From Candidatus Marinacidobacterales bacterium (GTDB lineage: Bacteria > Acidobacteriota > Vicinamibacteria > Marinacidobacterales > DATDRI01), in contig OZ245365.1 of assembly GCA_965226495.1 (NCBI GenBank), positions 5,536,001 through 5,600,000 of the forward strand: DNA of 64,000 nucleotides, written 5' to 3'. Under the pieces are notes generated by a model, which was given only the letters and a program-made list of their open reading frames with translations, was not told the origin of the DNA and ran no database searches. Positions 27,411-37,495 of the stretch are shown here, piece by piece (position 1 is the first letter of the stretch; every line of letters starts with the position of its first letter). Position numbers and translations under genes: made by a program.

Positions 27411-29420
27411 CTATTTCTTCTCTTGCTTTTCACGTTTCCACGGTTCCCAGTCCATCCCCATGACATATTTCTGCATCCACCTGATCTCTTCATTGTCGCG
27501 GGTGCGCTGGTGTCTAGCTTCCTGGAAACGATGTGGCTCGCGCGGAAATCTCACATAACGCACCGGCGCCTTGCCGATGTCTTTGAGGGCGGTAAAGAAC
27601 ATCATGGCCTGGTTGGCGGTACTGACCAGATCGCGATCCCCGTGGAGTAGGATCGTTGGGGTCGTCACGTTCTTGACGTACCAGAGTGACGAAACCCGGC
27701 GCCACTCCTCCGGATTGATCCAGTGGGCTCCCCCAATATAGTGAAGCCTGAGGTCAAAGCTGTTCCCGGGTCCCGTCTCTGCCGTCCAACTTCCCACCAT
27801 CGCCCCGAGCGACGCGGCCTTGAAACGGTTGGTCTGAGTAATAACCCAGCTCCCAAGAATTCCTCCCCAACTCCAGCCGCGCAGCGCCAGCCGCTCTGGA
27901 TCGACGTTTCGCTCTGCAATCACATAGTCGACGCCGGTCATGAGATCCTCGTACTCGCCACCGCCCACGTCGCCCATTAGTGCAGTCAGAAGATCATCGC
28001 CATAGCTGTCGCTACCGCGGATGTTCGGCCCCAGGGAGGCGTACCCCAGGCCCCCGAAAATGTGGAACTCGGTCCGGAACCGGTTCCAATAGTGATCCTC
28101 GGGGCCGCCGTGGATGTGGAGGATGAGGGGAAGCTTGGTCCCGGCCCGATGGTCCCCGGGCAGATAGAACACCCCTTCGATCTCCATCCCATCCTTGCTC
28201 TTCCAGCGGATTATCTCCGCCTTCGCCATCAGAATCTCTTTTTCGATCCAGGGGTTGGCGTTCGTTAGACGCACTGGGTTGAGCTCATCCAACGAAGACG
28301 AATACAAATCGGTCGGAGTTTTGAAATCGTTGAGCGAGTAGACCATTCTCGATCGATCTTTCGAGAAATCGAGAGCGCGGAGGGTACCGCTGACGCTCGT
28401 GACGTCGGTGACACGGTTCGTCGCGACGTCGAGGCGCTGGAGATTGCTGTTCGTCCGGCGCGTCTCGTTGAACAGCAGGCTCTTGCTGTCCGGCGCCCAA
28501 GTAAGATTGGAGATCTCGCCTTGATTCTGACCTTGAAGTTTCTTCTTCTCTTTTGTTTCCGGATTCATCACCCAGATAAAACCGTTGGTTAGTTCGTACT
28601 CGCCGTCGGAAGGGGCGTGGTAGGCAATGGTTTCGCCATCCGGAGACCAGATAACGCTGCTTTCGGGAGCGTTGTTATTGGTGAGGCGAACGATCTCAGG
28701 CTTCCCGGTATCGACGAGGTAGAGCTCCGACAAGTAGAAGTAATCATCGAGTTCCTGCCGCTCCGCCGCAAAGACTGCTCGCTCGCCGTCCGGCGAGATG
28801 TCGAACTCACTGATGACGAGCTCTTCGTCCGTGAGGCGGATCTCTTCCATGGAAGAAAGGTCGAGCGCCCAAAGGTTGCGCCAACTTCCTTCCTCTCGCC
28901 CATGCGGGCCCTCACGGACGAAGTATGCATCCTCCCCCTTGTCATGCTCCTTTTCCTTTTCCTCGCTCAGCGCCTCGTCGGCGGTGAAGAATATCCCACG
29001 CCCGTCCGGAGACCATTTGTAAGACTCGACACCGTTCTCATGATCGGTGAGTCTCGTGGCCTCGCCACCATCGGTTCTCATCCAAAAGACCTGGTCGTCG
29101 TCATCGATGGACCTAAAAAAAGAGAGATACTTCCCGTCCGGGGAGAACTGGAACGATTCGCCCCCCGCGTCCCCAATGAACTGAGTGGCATCCCCGCCTC
29201 CGGCGGGAATCATGTAGTATTTCTTCTTCCTCTCGTTCTCGTCCCAATCGAGCTCCGATTCAGAAAAGAAGACCCATTCGCCATCCGGGGCCATGATCAC
29301 GTCTGCGATGCGGATCATGTTCAGGGCGTCGTCGACAGTCATGGGACGGCGTGCCGAACCTTGTGCGAGAAGGCTCGAACCAATGAACACACCAGTAACG
29401 ATGCTGATGCTTACGCGCAT
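27411..29420 (-). CDS. S9 family peptidase (acylaminoacyl/dipeptidyl peptidase-like)
   Basis: Signal peptide, WSPDG propeller repeats, IHGGP, GWSWGG nucleophile, HGDRD, PREPH. Confidence 0.92.
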   Translation of the reverse strand: MRVSISIVTGVFIGSSLLAQGSARRPMTVDDALNMIRIADVIMAPDGEWVFFSESELDWDENERKKKYYMIPAGGGDATQFIGDAGGESFQFSPDGKYLSFFRSIDDDDQVFWMRTDGGEATRLTDHENGVESYKWSPDGRGIFFTADEALSEEKEKEHDKGEDAYFVREGPHGREEGSWRNLWALDLSSMEEIRLTDEELVISEFDISPDGERAVFAAERQELDDYFYLSELYLVDTGKPEIVRLTNNNAPESSVIWSPDGETIAYHAPSDGEYELTNGFIWVMNPETKEKKKLQGQNQGEISNLTWAPDSKSLLFNETRRTNSNLQRLDVATNRVTDVTSVSGTLRALDFSKDRSRMVYSLNDFKTPTDLYSSSLDELNPVRLTNANPWIEKEILMAKAEIIRWKSKDGMEIEGVFYLPGDHRAGTKLPLILHIHGGPEDHYWNRFRTEFHIFGGLGYASLGPNIRGSDSYGDDLLTALMGDVGGGEYEDLMTGVDYVIAERNVDPERLALRGWSWGGILGSWVITQTNRFKAASLGAMVGSWTAETGPGNSFDLRLHYIGGAHWINPEEWRRVSSLWYVKNVTTPTILLHGDRDLVSTANQAMMFFTALKDIGKAPVRYVRFPREPHRFQEARHQRTRDNEEIRWMQKYVMGMDWEPWKREKQEKK

Positions 29421-29434
29421 AATTGAATCACGGA

Positions 29435-29870
29435 GCTATTCCAACCTTCCTCTGTGTTCTGGGCACCGCGGATGCCGACCTGCACCGCCCGCTTGGGATC
29501 GAGCAACCCCTCTTCGACAGCCCGTCGGAACGGCGCGGCGTGCACCTTACGGCAGAACTCCGCAATATCTTCGAGCGCTTCTTCCACGTTGTAACCATGT
29601 GTCAGAATGACGTCACCCCAAATCGGCCACGCGGCAAAGCTCGTAGGGATCGATCTTGCTGACGTGATGGATAGCGCGCATCAGGCTCGAGCTGTTTCGC
29701 ATTTCGCAAGGGCCATGCCGTGCGCCGGTCCTATTGGTGACCGCGATGTCGAACGGCACACCAATCAAGCCGATGTCTACTTCAGAGGGATCACGAACGA
29801 GCGGGGCACGCATGAAGGTAGCGATGTCCGTGTAGCGCGGCGACAGCACGGGGTTATAGTCGTCGGCCAC
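29435..29870 (-). pseudogene. agmatinase/ureohydrolase remnant (frameshift, catalytic core deleted, truncated)
   Basis: PRYTDIATFMRAP, GVPFD...GARHGP, ADLG/D...KVHAA joined to PFRRAVEEGLLD...VQVGIRG. The GGDHS and DAHxD motifs are missing. Confidence 0.8.
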
Positions 29871-29952
29871 GAGCCGTGTCCGCTCCTTTGGCTTGTTCAC
29901 GATATATAGCTTCCCCGTGCTCGTTGAACCCTCTTGGACAGTGCCCGGACCG

Positions 29953-32100
29953 ATGATGATAATGATAGCCGTGACGACAAGGCAAACCGCTGCTCGGTTG
30001 GCCGCCTGCACCTGCCTCTGGGTGACAGCGCTCTTTGCCACATCGTGCAATTGGCTCTCAGATGAGCCACCACCAGCGGCACGGCACCTCGTCCTCGTCA
30101 CCATCGACACGTTGCGCGCCGATCGTCTCGGGATCTACGGCAACAAGGACGTGGCCACACCACACATGGACCGGCTGGCGGAAGAAGGAGCGATGGCACC
30201 GGACGCAACGGTCCATGTGCCTCTGACTCGTCCCTCACACGCGTCCCTGTTTTCCGGTCTCCTGCCTTCAGAGCATGGTATCCGCGATAATGTCGCACCG
30301 AGCCTCGACCCCGACATCCCGTTGCTAGCCGAGGTCCTGAAGGCAGCGCGCTTTCGCACCGCCGCCTTCGTCTCTTCGGTCGTGCTCGAAGCGCAGTCCG
30401 GCCTCGACCGAGGCTTCGAACTCTACGGCGATGAGTTCGAAGAAGAAGACGGTGACGACGCGCGTTTCCTGAACACGGTCCAGAAACGTGGTGACCTCAC
30501 GATGGACGACGCCCTGGCTTGGCTCGAGTCGAATAGCGCCGGCGACAGGCTCTTCGCGTGGATCCATCTTTACGATCCGCACGACCCCTACGAACCTCCC
30601 GAGCCCTATGCCACTCAATACGCCGACCGACCCTACGACGGCGAGGTGGCGTGGTCCGATGAGCTGCTCGGTCGCCTCGACGAGAAACTAGAACTATTGG
30701 GTCTACGGGACGACACGCTCCTCATCGTGACATCTGATCACGGCGAAGGCTTGGGAGACCACGGGGAAACCCTTCACGGTTTCTTCCTCTACCAATCGAC
30801 TCTCGCCGTGCCACTCCTCTTTCGTGGGCCCGGCGTGGTTCCCGGTCAGCGCCTGTCGGTGACCGCGCGAACTATCGATCTGTTTCCAACAATGCTCGAC
30901 CTGCTGGGCTTGAACATTCCGCCGGAGATCCACGTCTCCGGACGTAGCCTGGCAGGTGCGCTGCGGGGAAGGGAAGACCTCGCCGAGGAATCGTCTTATG
31001 CCGAAACCTTGGTGCCGCTTCTCCATTTCGGATGGAGCGATCTCCGATCATTCCGCAAAGGTCGTTGGAAATACATCGAGGCACCTCGCCCGGAGCTTTA
31101 CGACTTGGAGAACGATCCGGGGGAGACGAAGAATCTGGTGAGATCGAAATCGTCCGCGGCCGACTCCCTCCGGTCCAGTCTCGCTCAAGTTCTCGAGGCG
31201 GAGCGCGCGACAGCAAAGTCCGACGTGAGCGATGTCCCTCGCGATCTTCTCGAGAAGCTGGGGGCGCTCGGTTACCTCGGTGCCGGCGCGTCGGCGACGG
31301 AATCCCCGGGAGCGGATCCCAAGGACAAGATCGAAGAGTTTCGTGTCGCGAACGCCTTGATCCGGGAAGGACTCACTCTCTTCCGCGAGAAGAAATTTTC
31401 TCAAAGCATCGAGCGGTTCGAGGAATTGCTCCGTCGACGAATCGAGAGTTTCGAAGTGCACTACTATCTTGGCCGTGGGCTTTTGGCCTCGAAACGATAC
31501 TCGGAGGCGGCACCTCACTTCGAAAAGGCGATCGAGCTCCAACCGAGTTACGCAGCTGCCTACGAAGCGCTTGCCGAGTGCCGCGCCAGCAACGAGGATC
31601 TGGAAGGCGCGGTGGCGGCCCTGCAGGAGGGTCAGCGGGCCGTTCCCGGCGACGCCGGGCTGTTCAAACGCGAAGCGAGGGTTTGGCGATTGCTCAAGAA
31701 CGGACAGGAGGCACGCCGCGCTTATGAAGCCGCCCTTCCGCTGGCACCCGATGACGCCCTCCTTCGCGTGCAGCTCGGGGAGCTTCTCCGCGATTTGGGT
31801 CACTTAGACGATTCGGTGCGGCGCCTGAAGGAAGCGATCGAGCTCGAGCCTGACCGGGCGTCCTTCTGGAACTCCCTCGGAATGGTGCTGGGAGGAAGGG
31901 ACCAACTCGACGAAGCCGAAAACGCCTTCCGGGAGGCATGGAAGCGGGACGAGTCCAACGCCCAGTACGCCTACAACCTCGGTTTGGCGCTTCTCCGTCT
32001 AGGACGCGCTGAGGAAGCTCGGGGTTTCTTCGAAACCACCCTTCAACTAGACCCGAAGTTCGAAGCCGCCCGCGTCCGTCTCGTCCAAATGGGCTCCTGA
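29953..32100 (+). CDS. sulfatase-like hydrolase (alkaline phosphatase superfamily) with C-terminal TPRs
   Basis: LVTIDTLRAD, PLTRPSHASLFSG, HLYDPHDPY, TSDHGEGLGDHGE, ELYDLENDPGE, TPR tail. Confidence 0.9.
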   Translation: MMIMIAVTTRQTAARLAACTCLWVTALFATSCNWLSDEPPPAARHLVLVTIDTLRADRLGIYGNKDVATPHMDRLAEEGAMAPDATVHVPLTRPSHASLFSGLLPSEHGIRDNVAPSLDPDIPLLAEVLKAARFRTAAFVSSVVLEAQSGLDRGFELYGDEFEEEDGDDARFLNTVQKRGDLTMDDALAWLESNSAGDRLFAWIHLYDPHDPYEPPEPYATQYADRPYDGEVAWSDELLGRLDEKLELLGLRDDTLLIVTSDHGEGLGDHGETLHGFFLYQSTLAVPLLFRGPGVVPGQRLSVTARTIDLFPTMLDLLGLNIPPEIHVSGRSLAGALRGREDLAEESSYAETLVPLLHFGWSDLRSFRKGRWKYIEAPRPELYDLENDPGETKNLVRSKSSAADSLRSSLAQVLEAERATAKSDVSDVPRDLLEKLGALGYLGAGASATESPGADPKDKIEEFRVANALIREGLTLFREKKFSQSIERFEELLRRRIESFEVHYYLGRGLLASKRYSEAAPHFEKAIELQPSYAAAYEALAECRASNEDLEGAVAALQEGQRAVPGDAGLFKREARVWRLLKNGQEARRAYEAALPLAPDDALLRVQLGELLRDLGHLDDSVRRLKEAIELEPDRASFWNSLGMVLGGRDQLDEAENAFREAWKRDESNAQYAYNLGLALLRLGRAEEARGFFETTLQLDPKFEAARVRLVQMGS

Positions 32101-32107
32101 CCTCCGG

Positions 32108-33298
32108 TTAGGTCGCTGCCTCCAACGCCTGCGTCAAATCGGCAATGAGATCTTCCGTGTCTTCGATCCCCACCGAGTAACGGACGAGCCCTTCCGGAAT
32201 CCCCAATGACTCGCGCTCTTGGGGCGTGAGCTCTACGTGACTCGTCGTCGCGGGAGGGCCGGCAATGGTCTCCACCGAGCCCAAGTGCGCGGCCAAGTGT
32301 GCGTATCGGAGCCGCGGTAAGAAACCTCGAACGCTTTCGAACCCTCCCTTCAATTTGAAGCTGACAATGCCACCGAAGCCCGTCATTTGTCGACGCGCAA
32401 TCTCATGGTGAGGATCCGACTCGAGCCCAGGATAATAAACCTGATCGATGGTGGGATGTTTTTCGAGGAAGCGTGCGATTTCGAGAGCGCTGGCGTTTTG
32501 TTGGCGGATACGGAGGTGCAGCGTCTTCATTCCTCGGAGCAGTAAATAGGCGGCCATCGGATGAAGCGAGGGGCCGGTGATCTCTCGATAGTGTGATATC
32601 TGCTGGACGAGATCGTGCCTTCCACAGACCACACCTCCCAACGCGTCGGCGTGTCCACCCAGGAATTTCGTCGCACTGTGAACGACCAGATCTGCGCCGA
32701 GCTCGAGAGGTCTCTGGTTCACTGGTGTTGCAAAGGTATTGTCGACAACAACGATGGCACCTGTTTCGTGAGCCGCTTTCGAAAGATGGGCGATATCGAC
32801 CAACTTCAGAGTCGGGTTGGTCGGGGTCTCGAGGTATACGATCCGGCATCCCCGAGCGATGGCGGCTTCGATCGCTTCGGGATCGGTGGTTTCACAAAGC
32901 GTCGCTTCCATCTTGACGCGCGGAAAAAACTCGAGGAATAGCTTACTCGTCCCACCATAGGTGTCTTTGGTGGAGACGACGCGGTCTCCCGAGGAAAGCA
33001 GGCCAAAAAACGTACTGGTGACGGCCGCCATGCCGGTGGAAAAGCTGGTCGCCGCCTCGGCGCCTTCGAGCGCGCGCACTTTTTCTTCGAAGACCTGGAC
33101 GGTGGGATTCGACTGGCGGCCGTAGATGTGTCCCGACTCCTCGGACTTGGCAACGCGCAGCCATTCGTCCAGATCCGGATAGCCGAACGAAACGCTGTGG
33201 ACAACGGGCACCTGGGTCGCGTGCTGCCACCCCTCGCCGCCTTCGCCCGCCCAAACGGCTTGCGTCCCTATCTTGGGTTTTTTTTCCATGCATGCCAC
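32108..33298 (-). CDS. Cys/Met metabolism PLP enzyme (cystathionine gamma-synthase / methionine gamma-lyase family)
   Basis: YGRQSNPT, FSTGMAA, ETPTNP, VDNTFATP, HSATKFLGGH, RYSVGIE. Confidence 0.9.
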   Translation of the reverse strand: MACMEKKPKIGTQAVWAGEGGEGWQHATQVPVVHSVSFGYPDLDEWLRVAKSEESGHIYGRQSNPTVQVFEEKVRALEGAEAATSFSTGMAAVTSTFFGLLSSGDRVVSTKDTYGGTSKLFLEFFPRVKMEATLCETTDPEAIEAAIARGCRIVYLETPTNPTLKLVDIAHLSKAAHETGAIVVVDNTFATPVNQRPLELGADLVVHSATKFLGGHADALGGVVCGRHDLVQQISHYREITGPSLHPMAAYLLLRGMKTLHLRIRQQNASALEIARFLEKHPTIDQVYYPGLESDPHHEIARRQMTGFGGIVSFKLKGGFESVRGFLPRLRYAHLAAHLGSVETIAGPPATTSHVELTPQERESLGIPEGLVRYSVGIEDTEDLIADLTQALEAAT

Positions 33299-33323
33299 CT
33301 ATTCCTCTCCTAATTCCTCCGAG

Positions 33324-35021
33324 CTATCGGAAGGGGAACGTACCGACGACTCCTAACCCCTCGACCACGAGAGCCAGTTCACCCGCCCGCAGTGGTCCCA
33401 ACGTCTCCTCGCCGGCGCCTGGCCAATAGATACGCGCACTCGGAACCTCGGTCTTGGATCCCAGACCAATGTGTACCACGAGCTCGTTCTGGGATGCATA
33501 GCTCGAGCCGGCGCGGACCTCGGTCGTCATAGGCTCGTCTCCTCCAATGTCCAAGACCAGGCGAGCACCGACCGCGTTGCGGTTGGCGGCCCGTCCGATT
33601 AGCAAAAGACGAAGTGCGTTCCCTGACGATGTCTCGTTTGCAAGCAAGTCCGGCCGGTCACCCGAGTTGGCAAAGAGCAGGTCTAGATCGCCGTCTCCTT
33701 CGAGGTCAGCCACCGCTAGACCGCGGCTGACCTTCACCAGCTCGAAACCCGGGCCGACCTCCAGGACCTCGTTGAATCGACCACTACCTCGATTCCAAAA
33801 GATTTGATTCCGCTGCGGGTAGGACGAACCCTCGGTCAATTCTGAGGTGTTATCCAGAACATGCCCGTTGGCCGCGACGATGTCGAGAAATCCATCATTA
33901 TTCAAATCGGCGAAGGCGGTTCCGAACCCGAGAGAGCGGAGCGAAGGACGACCAACCCCTGCATAAGAAGACACATCGGTAAAGAAACCACCCTGGTCGT
34001 TTCGATACAGCGTGTTGAGCTCACCTTGGAAGTTCGTGACGACGAGATCGAGATCACCGTCCCGATCGTAATCACCTACATCAACACCCATTCCAGCGAG
34101 GGCTCGGCCATCCCCATCGTAGGCCACACCGGATTGGAGAGCCTCTTCCGTGAAGTATAACCCTCCGTGGTTTCGAAAGAGAAAATTGGGAACGGTGTCG
34201 TTGGCCACGTACAGATCGCTGAGACCGTCCCCGTCGTAGTCGAACGCCAGGACGCCGAGACCTTTCCCCGACGGTAGTGCGATGCCCGCTTGCTGACTCA
34301 CATCTTCGAACGTGCCGTCGCCTCGATTACGGAATAGAGCATCGGGCAACCCACGAAAAGCGTCGGGCAGGCAATAGGAGCGAAGAACCTTGCCTCCTTT
34401 ACGCTGTGAACAATCGGGATTGTTGTCGAAGCCGAAGTCCAGGTAGTTCGACACATAGAGGTCCAAGTTGCCGTCGCCATCGAGATCGGACCAACTCGCA
34501 CCGACACTCCAAAGGTGGCTGACGACACCGGCCCACTCCGCCACCTCGGCAAAACTCCCGTCGCCGTTGTTGCGGAAGAGTCGGTTGGGACCAAACTCCG
34601 TGACGTAGAGATCTACGTCACCGTCATTGTCGTAGTCACTCGCGGCGGCACCCATTCCATAGCCTGGGAAAGTCAATCCGGAAAAAGCTGTGACGTTCGA
34701 AAAACGTCCCTGGCCATCGTTCCGGTAAAGGGCACCGGTCACAGACTCTTCCCGTTGGAAGCCGGGAAGCATACCTCCGTTTACCAAGTAGAGGTCCGGG
34801 TCGAGATCTCCGTCGTAGTCGAAGAAGACCACGCCGGCGCCCATCGTCTCGATCATGTACTTCTCCCCCGAGGCTCCGGTGACGTGGGTGAAATCGATTC
34901 CCGCACGTGCAGTAATGTCGACGAATTGGAAGGTCGGGGGTTCCTGTGCGGGAGACAAAGACGGTAGGGCGATTACAATCGCGATGACCGGGACGTGAGA
35001 AAGACGCTCCACGCGCGGCAT
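33324..35021 (-). CDS. CRTAC1-family FG-GAP/ASPIC-UnbV protein
   Basis: Repeated D(Y/L)DGDG-x-DLYV and LFRNxG motifs; C-terminal SSYASQN...HIGLG. Confidence 0.9.
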   Translation of the reverse strand: MPRVERLSHVPVIAIVIALPSLSPAQEPPTFQFVDITARAGIDFTHVTGASGEKYMIETMGAGVVFFDYDGDLDPDLYLVNGGMLPGFQREESVTGALYRNDGQGRFSNVTAFSGLTFPGYGMGAAASDYDNDGDVDLYVTEFGPNRLFRNNGDGSFAEVAEWAGVVSHLWSVGASWSDLDGDGNLDLYVSNYLDFGFDNNPDCSQRKGGKVLRSYCLPDAFRGLPDALFRNRGDGTFEDVSQQAGIALPSGKGLGVLAFDYDGDGLSDLYVANDTVPNFLFRNHGGLYFTEEALQSGVAYDGDGRALAGMGVDVGDYDRDGDLDLVVTNFQGELNTLYRNDQGGFFTDVSSYAGVGRPSLRSLGFGTAFADLNNDGFLDIVAANGHVLDNTSELTEGSSYPQRNQIFWNRGSGRFNEVLEVGPGFELVKVSRGLAVADLEGDGDLDLLFANSGDRPDLLANETSSGNALRLLLIGRAANRNAVGARLVLDIGGDEPMTTEVRAGSSYASQNELVVHIGLGSKTEVPSARIYWPGAGEETLGPLRAGELALVVEGLGVVGTFPFR

Positions 35022-35105
35022 TATAGCGGTAGTCGGCCGGAGTGGCCGGATCCTGACACCCGTCCTATACTACCGCCACCATTCACCGGGAACCCGGGTT
35101 TCATC

Positions 35106-35891
35106 ATGAGCCACAAGAAACCACCTTCTGGAACGCAGGCAGTATTGCGTGCAATCGCGTTACTCAAAGCCTTCACCGGAGACAAGCCGGAGATGGACCT
35201 TCCAGATCTCGCCGATCGGGTGGGCCTTACCAGGACGACGACACACCGCTTGTTGTCCGCTCTGGAAAGTGAGGACCTCGTTGCCAAGGATCCGTTGTCC
35301 CATGGTTACCGCTTGGGGCCGGCCGCGATCGCTCTAGGGTCTCGAGCGTTGCGCACGAACGACTTGCGTAAGATTGCCCGGCCGTACCTTGAATCGCTAG
35401 CCGCTCGCACTCGGGAAACGGCAACACTCGAAGTATTGGTAGATGGCTGGATGTTGATCCTCGATGAAGTGCTGGGGGCGCATTTGGTCGGTACGACTCC
35501 TTCGGTCGGAACGTCCTGGGCCATCCATGCGACCTCCACCGGTAAGGTGTTGCTCGCACACCTGCCGGAAACCGATCGAAAGAAGCTCTTGAAGAAACCT
35601 CTTACTCGCTATACCCCGCGCACCATTACCGACTCGCGAGAGCTGCAAAAAGAATTCGATCAGGCGCGCCAGCGGGGTTACGCGATTGCTGCGGAAGAGC
35701 TCGAGGAGGGTTACGTGGCGGTGGGCGCGACCATCACCGGTCCACTCGGGAACCCAGTCGGAAGTCTGAGCGTCGGAGGTCCCAGTGTTCGTCTCAAGCG
35801 GAACCAGCTTTCCGATCTGGGAAAGCTCGTCACCGCAGCTGCCCGCCAGGTCTCGATACGTCTAGGCTACGAGACCACCGACTTCAAGTGA
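35106..35891 (+). CDS. IclR-family transcriptional regulator
   Basis: QAVLRAIALL, TTHRLLSAL, HATSTGKVLLA, RQRGYA, SLSVGGP. Confidence 0.92.
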   Translation: MSHKKPPSGTQAVLRAIALLKAFTGDKPEMDLPDLADRVGLTRTTTHRLLSALESEDLVAKDPLSHGYRLGPAAIALGSRALRTNDLRKIARPYLESLAARTRETATLEVLVDGWMLILDEVLGAHLVGTTPSVGTSWAIHATSTGKVLLAHLPETDRKKLLKKPLTRYTPRTITDSRELQKEFDQARQRGYAIAAEELEEGYVAVGATITGPLGNPVGSLSVGGPSVRLKRNQLSDLGKLVTAAARQVSIRLGYETTDFK

Positions 35892-36223
35892 GACCGCAAC
35901 TCGAAACGAGGAGCAGACAGGTCCTCGCGGCCCTCGATGACCGCGACATCTTCATTGTTGGCGGCGACTCCGAACAACCGAGAGGGGAATTCCCCTCCGC
36001 CAATGCTCTTCTCGCCGCGATCCGGAACTCCAAGCATCAATTCGATGAGATCGAGATGGCTGCCTATCCGGAAGGCCATCCCTTCCTCAGTGACGCAGAG
36101 TTACTCGAAGCTCTTCACGAGAAACAACCCTTCGCCTCCTATATGAGCAATGGCGGAAGAAACTGCTGGCACGGCTCGAAACCATGTTGGCTTGAGGGTA
36201 GGATAGACCGGCCAGGAATGTAA
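35888..36223 (+). pseudogene. internal fragment of a methylenetetrahydrofolate reductase-like protein
   Basis: IFIVGGD...F.SANALL...AAYPEGHP...LLEALHEKQPFASYM resembles the MetF core. The N- and C-terminal parts are absent. Confidence 0.6.
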
Positions 36224-36243
36224 ACGGACGAGGAGAACTCGGC

Positions 36244-37476
36244 ATGGAGCTCTATGACTTGGGAGATCGCCCGGCGCTGGGAGAAGTTCCATCGAAGATG
36301 CACGCATTCACCGTACGGCAAGACCGTTTCGGAGAACCGCGCGATGCCTGGAAGCGAGAGGTCATCCCGACGCCCACGATCGGTGATCAAGAGGTTCTTG
36401 TCTACGTCATGGCGACAGGGATCAACTACAACAACGTCTGGGCCGCTCTTGGCAAACCCCTGGACGTGATCGCCGAGCGACAGAAGAAAGGCGAGCCGGA
36501 AGATTTTCACGCCGGCGGGAGCGACTGTTCGGGGATCGTCTGGAAAGTGGGTGAGAAGGTCACGAACGTCAAGCCGGGAGACGAAGTCGTCGTCCATAGC
36601 GGTTGGTGGGAACCGGACGATCCGTGGGTCCTATCGGGCAAGGATCCCATGCTCGCGGAGAGCACGCGGATCTGGGGGTATCAGACCAACTACGGTAGCT
36701 ATTGCCAATTCGCACGGGCGCAATCGCATCAATGCCAACCCAAGCCCAAACATCTGACCTGGGATGCAGCCGGGTGCTACATGCTTTGCGCCTCCACCGC
36801 TTATCGAATGCTGATGGGTTGGTCCCCCAACGTCGTGGAGTCAGGAGACGTGGTACTGGTTTGGGGCGCAGCGGGTGGACTAGGAAGCATTGCCTTACAA
36901 ATCGTCAAAGCCGCGGGAGGGCGGGCCGTCGCGGTCGTCTCCGACGATGCCAAGAAAGAGTTTTGCCTCGAGCACGGAGCGGTAGGGGTCATCAATCGCA
37001 AGAACTTCGACCACTGGGGAGCCATGCCGAACACGGCCAGCCCTGAGTACGGAGCGTGGGCGAAGGGTGCGCGGTCCTTCGGCAAAGCCTTATGGGAGGC
37101 CCTCGGCGAGAGGACGAATCCACGAATCGTTTTCGAGCATCCGGGTGAGGCGACGCTTCCGACTTCGATCTTCGTCGCCGCCACCGGCGGCATGGTCGTT
37201 ATATGCGCCGGGACCACCGGATACACCGCGACCATGGACCTTCGTTATCACTGGATGCGTCAAAAGCGATTTCAAGGAAGCCACTTGTCCAATGACGAAC
37301 AGGCGGCGGCCATCAATCAGCTCGTCATCGATGGCAAAGTTGACCCCTGCCTTTCGAAGACTTTGTCTTTCGACGAGATCGGTGAGGCTCATCAATTGAT
37401 GCATGAGAACCGTCATCCGTACGGAAACATGGCCTGTCTGGTGAACGCGACGGAGCCCGGGCAAGGCGCATCGTAG
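36244..37476 (+). CDS. ccr: crotonyl-CoA carboxylase/reductase-family enoyl-CoA reductase
   Basis: [61 protein letters not shown]. Confidence 0.82.
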   Translation: MELYDLGDRPALGEVPSKMHAFTVRQDRFGEPRDAWKREVIPTPTIGDQEVLVYVMATGINYNNVWAALGKPLDVIAERQKKGEPEDFHAGGSDCSGIVWKVGEKVTNVKPGDEVVVHSGWWEPDDPWVLSGKDPMLAESTRIWGYQTNYGSYCQFARAQSHQCQPKPKHLTWDAAGCYMLCASTAYRMLMGWSPNVVESGDVVLVWGAAGGLGSIALQIVKAAGGRAVAVVSDDAKKEFCLEHGAVGVINRKNFDHWGAMPNTASPEYGAWAKGARSFGKALWEALGERTNPRIVFEHPGEATLPTSIFVAATGGMVVICAGTTGYTATMDLRYHWMRQKRFQGSHLSNDEQAAAINQLVIDGKVDPCLSKTLSFDEIGEAHQLMHENRHPYGNMACLVNATEPGQGAS

Positions 37477-37495
37477 ATCCCAACCTTGTGAAGAT

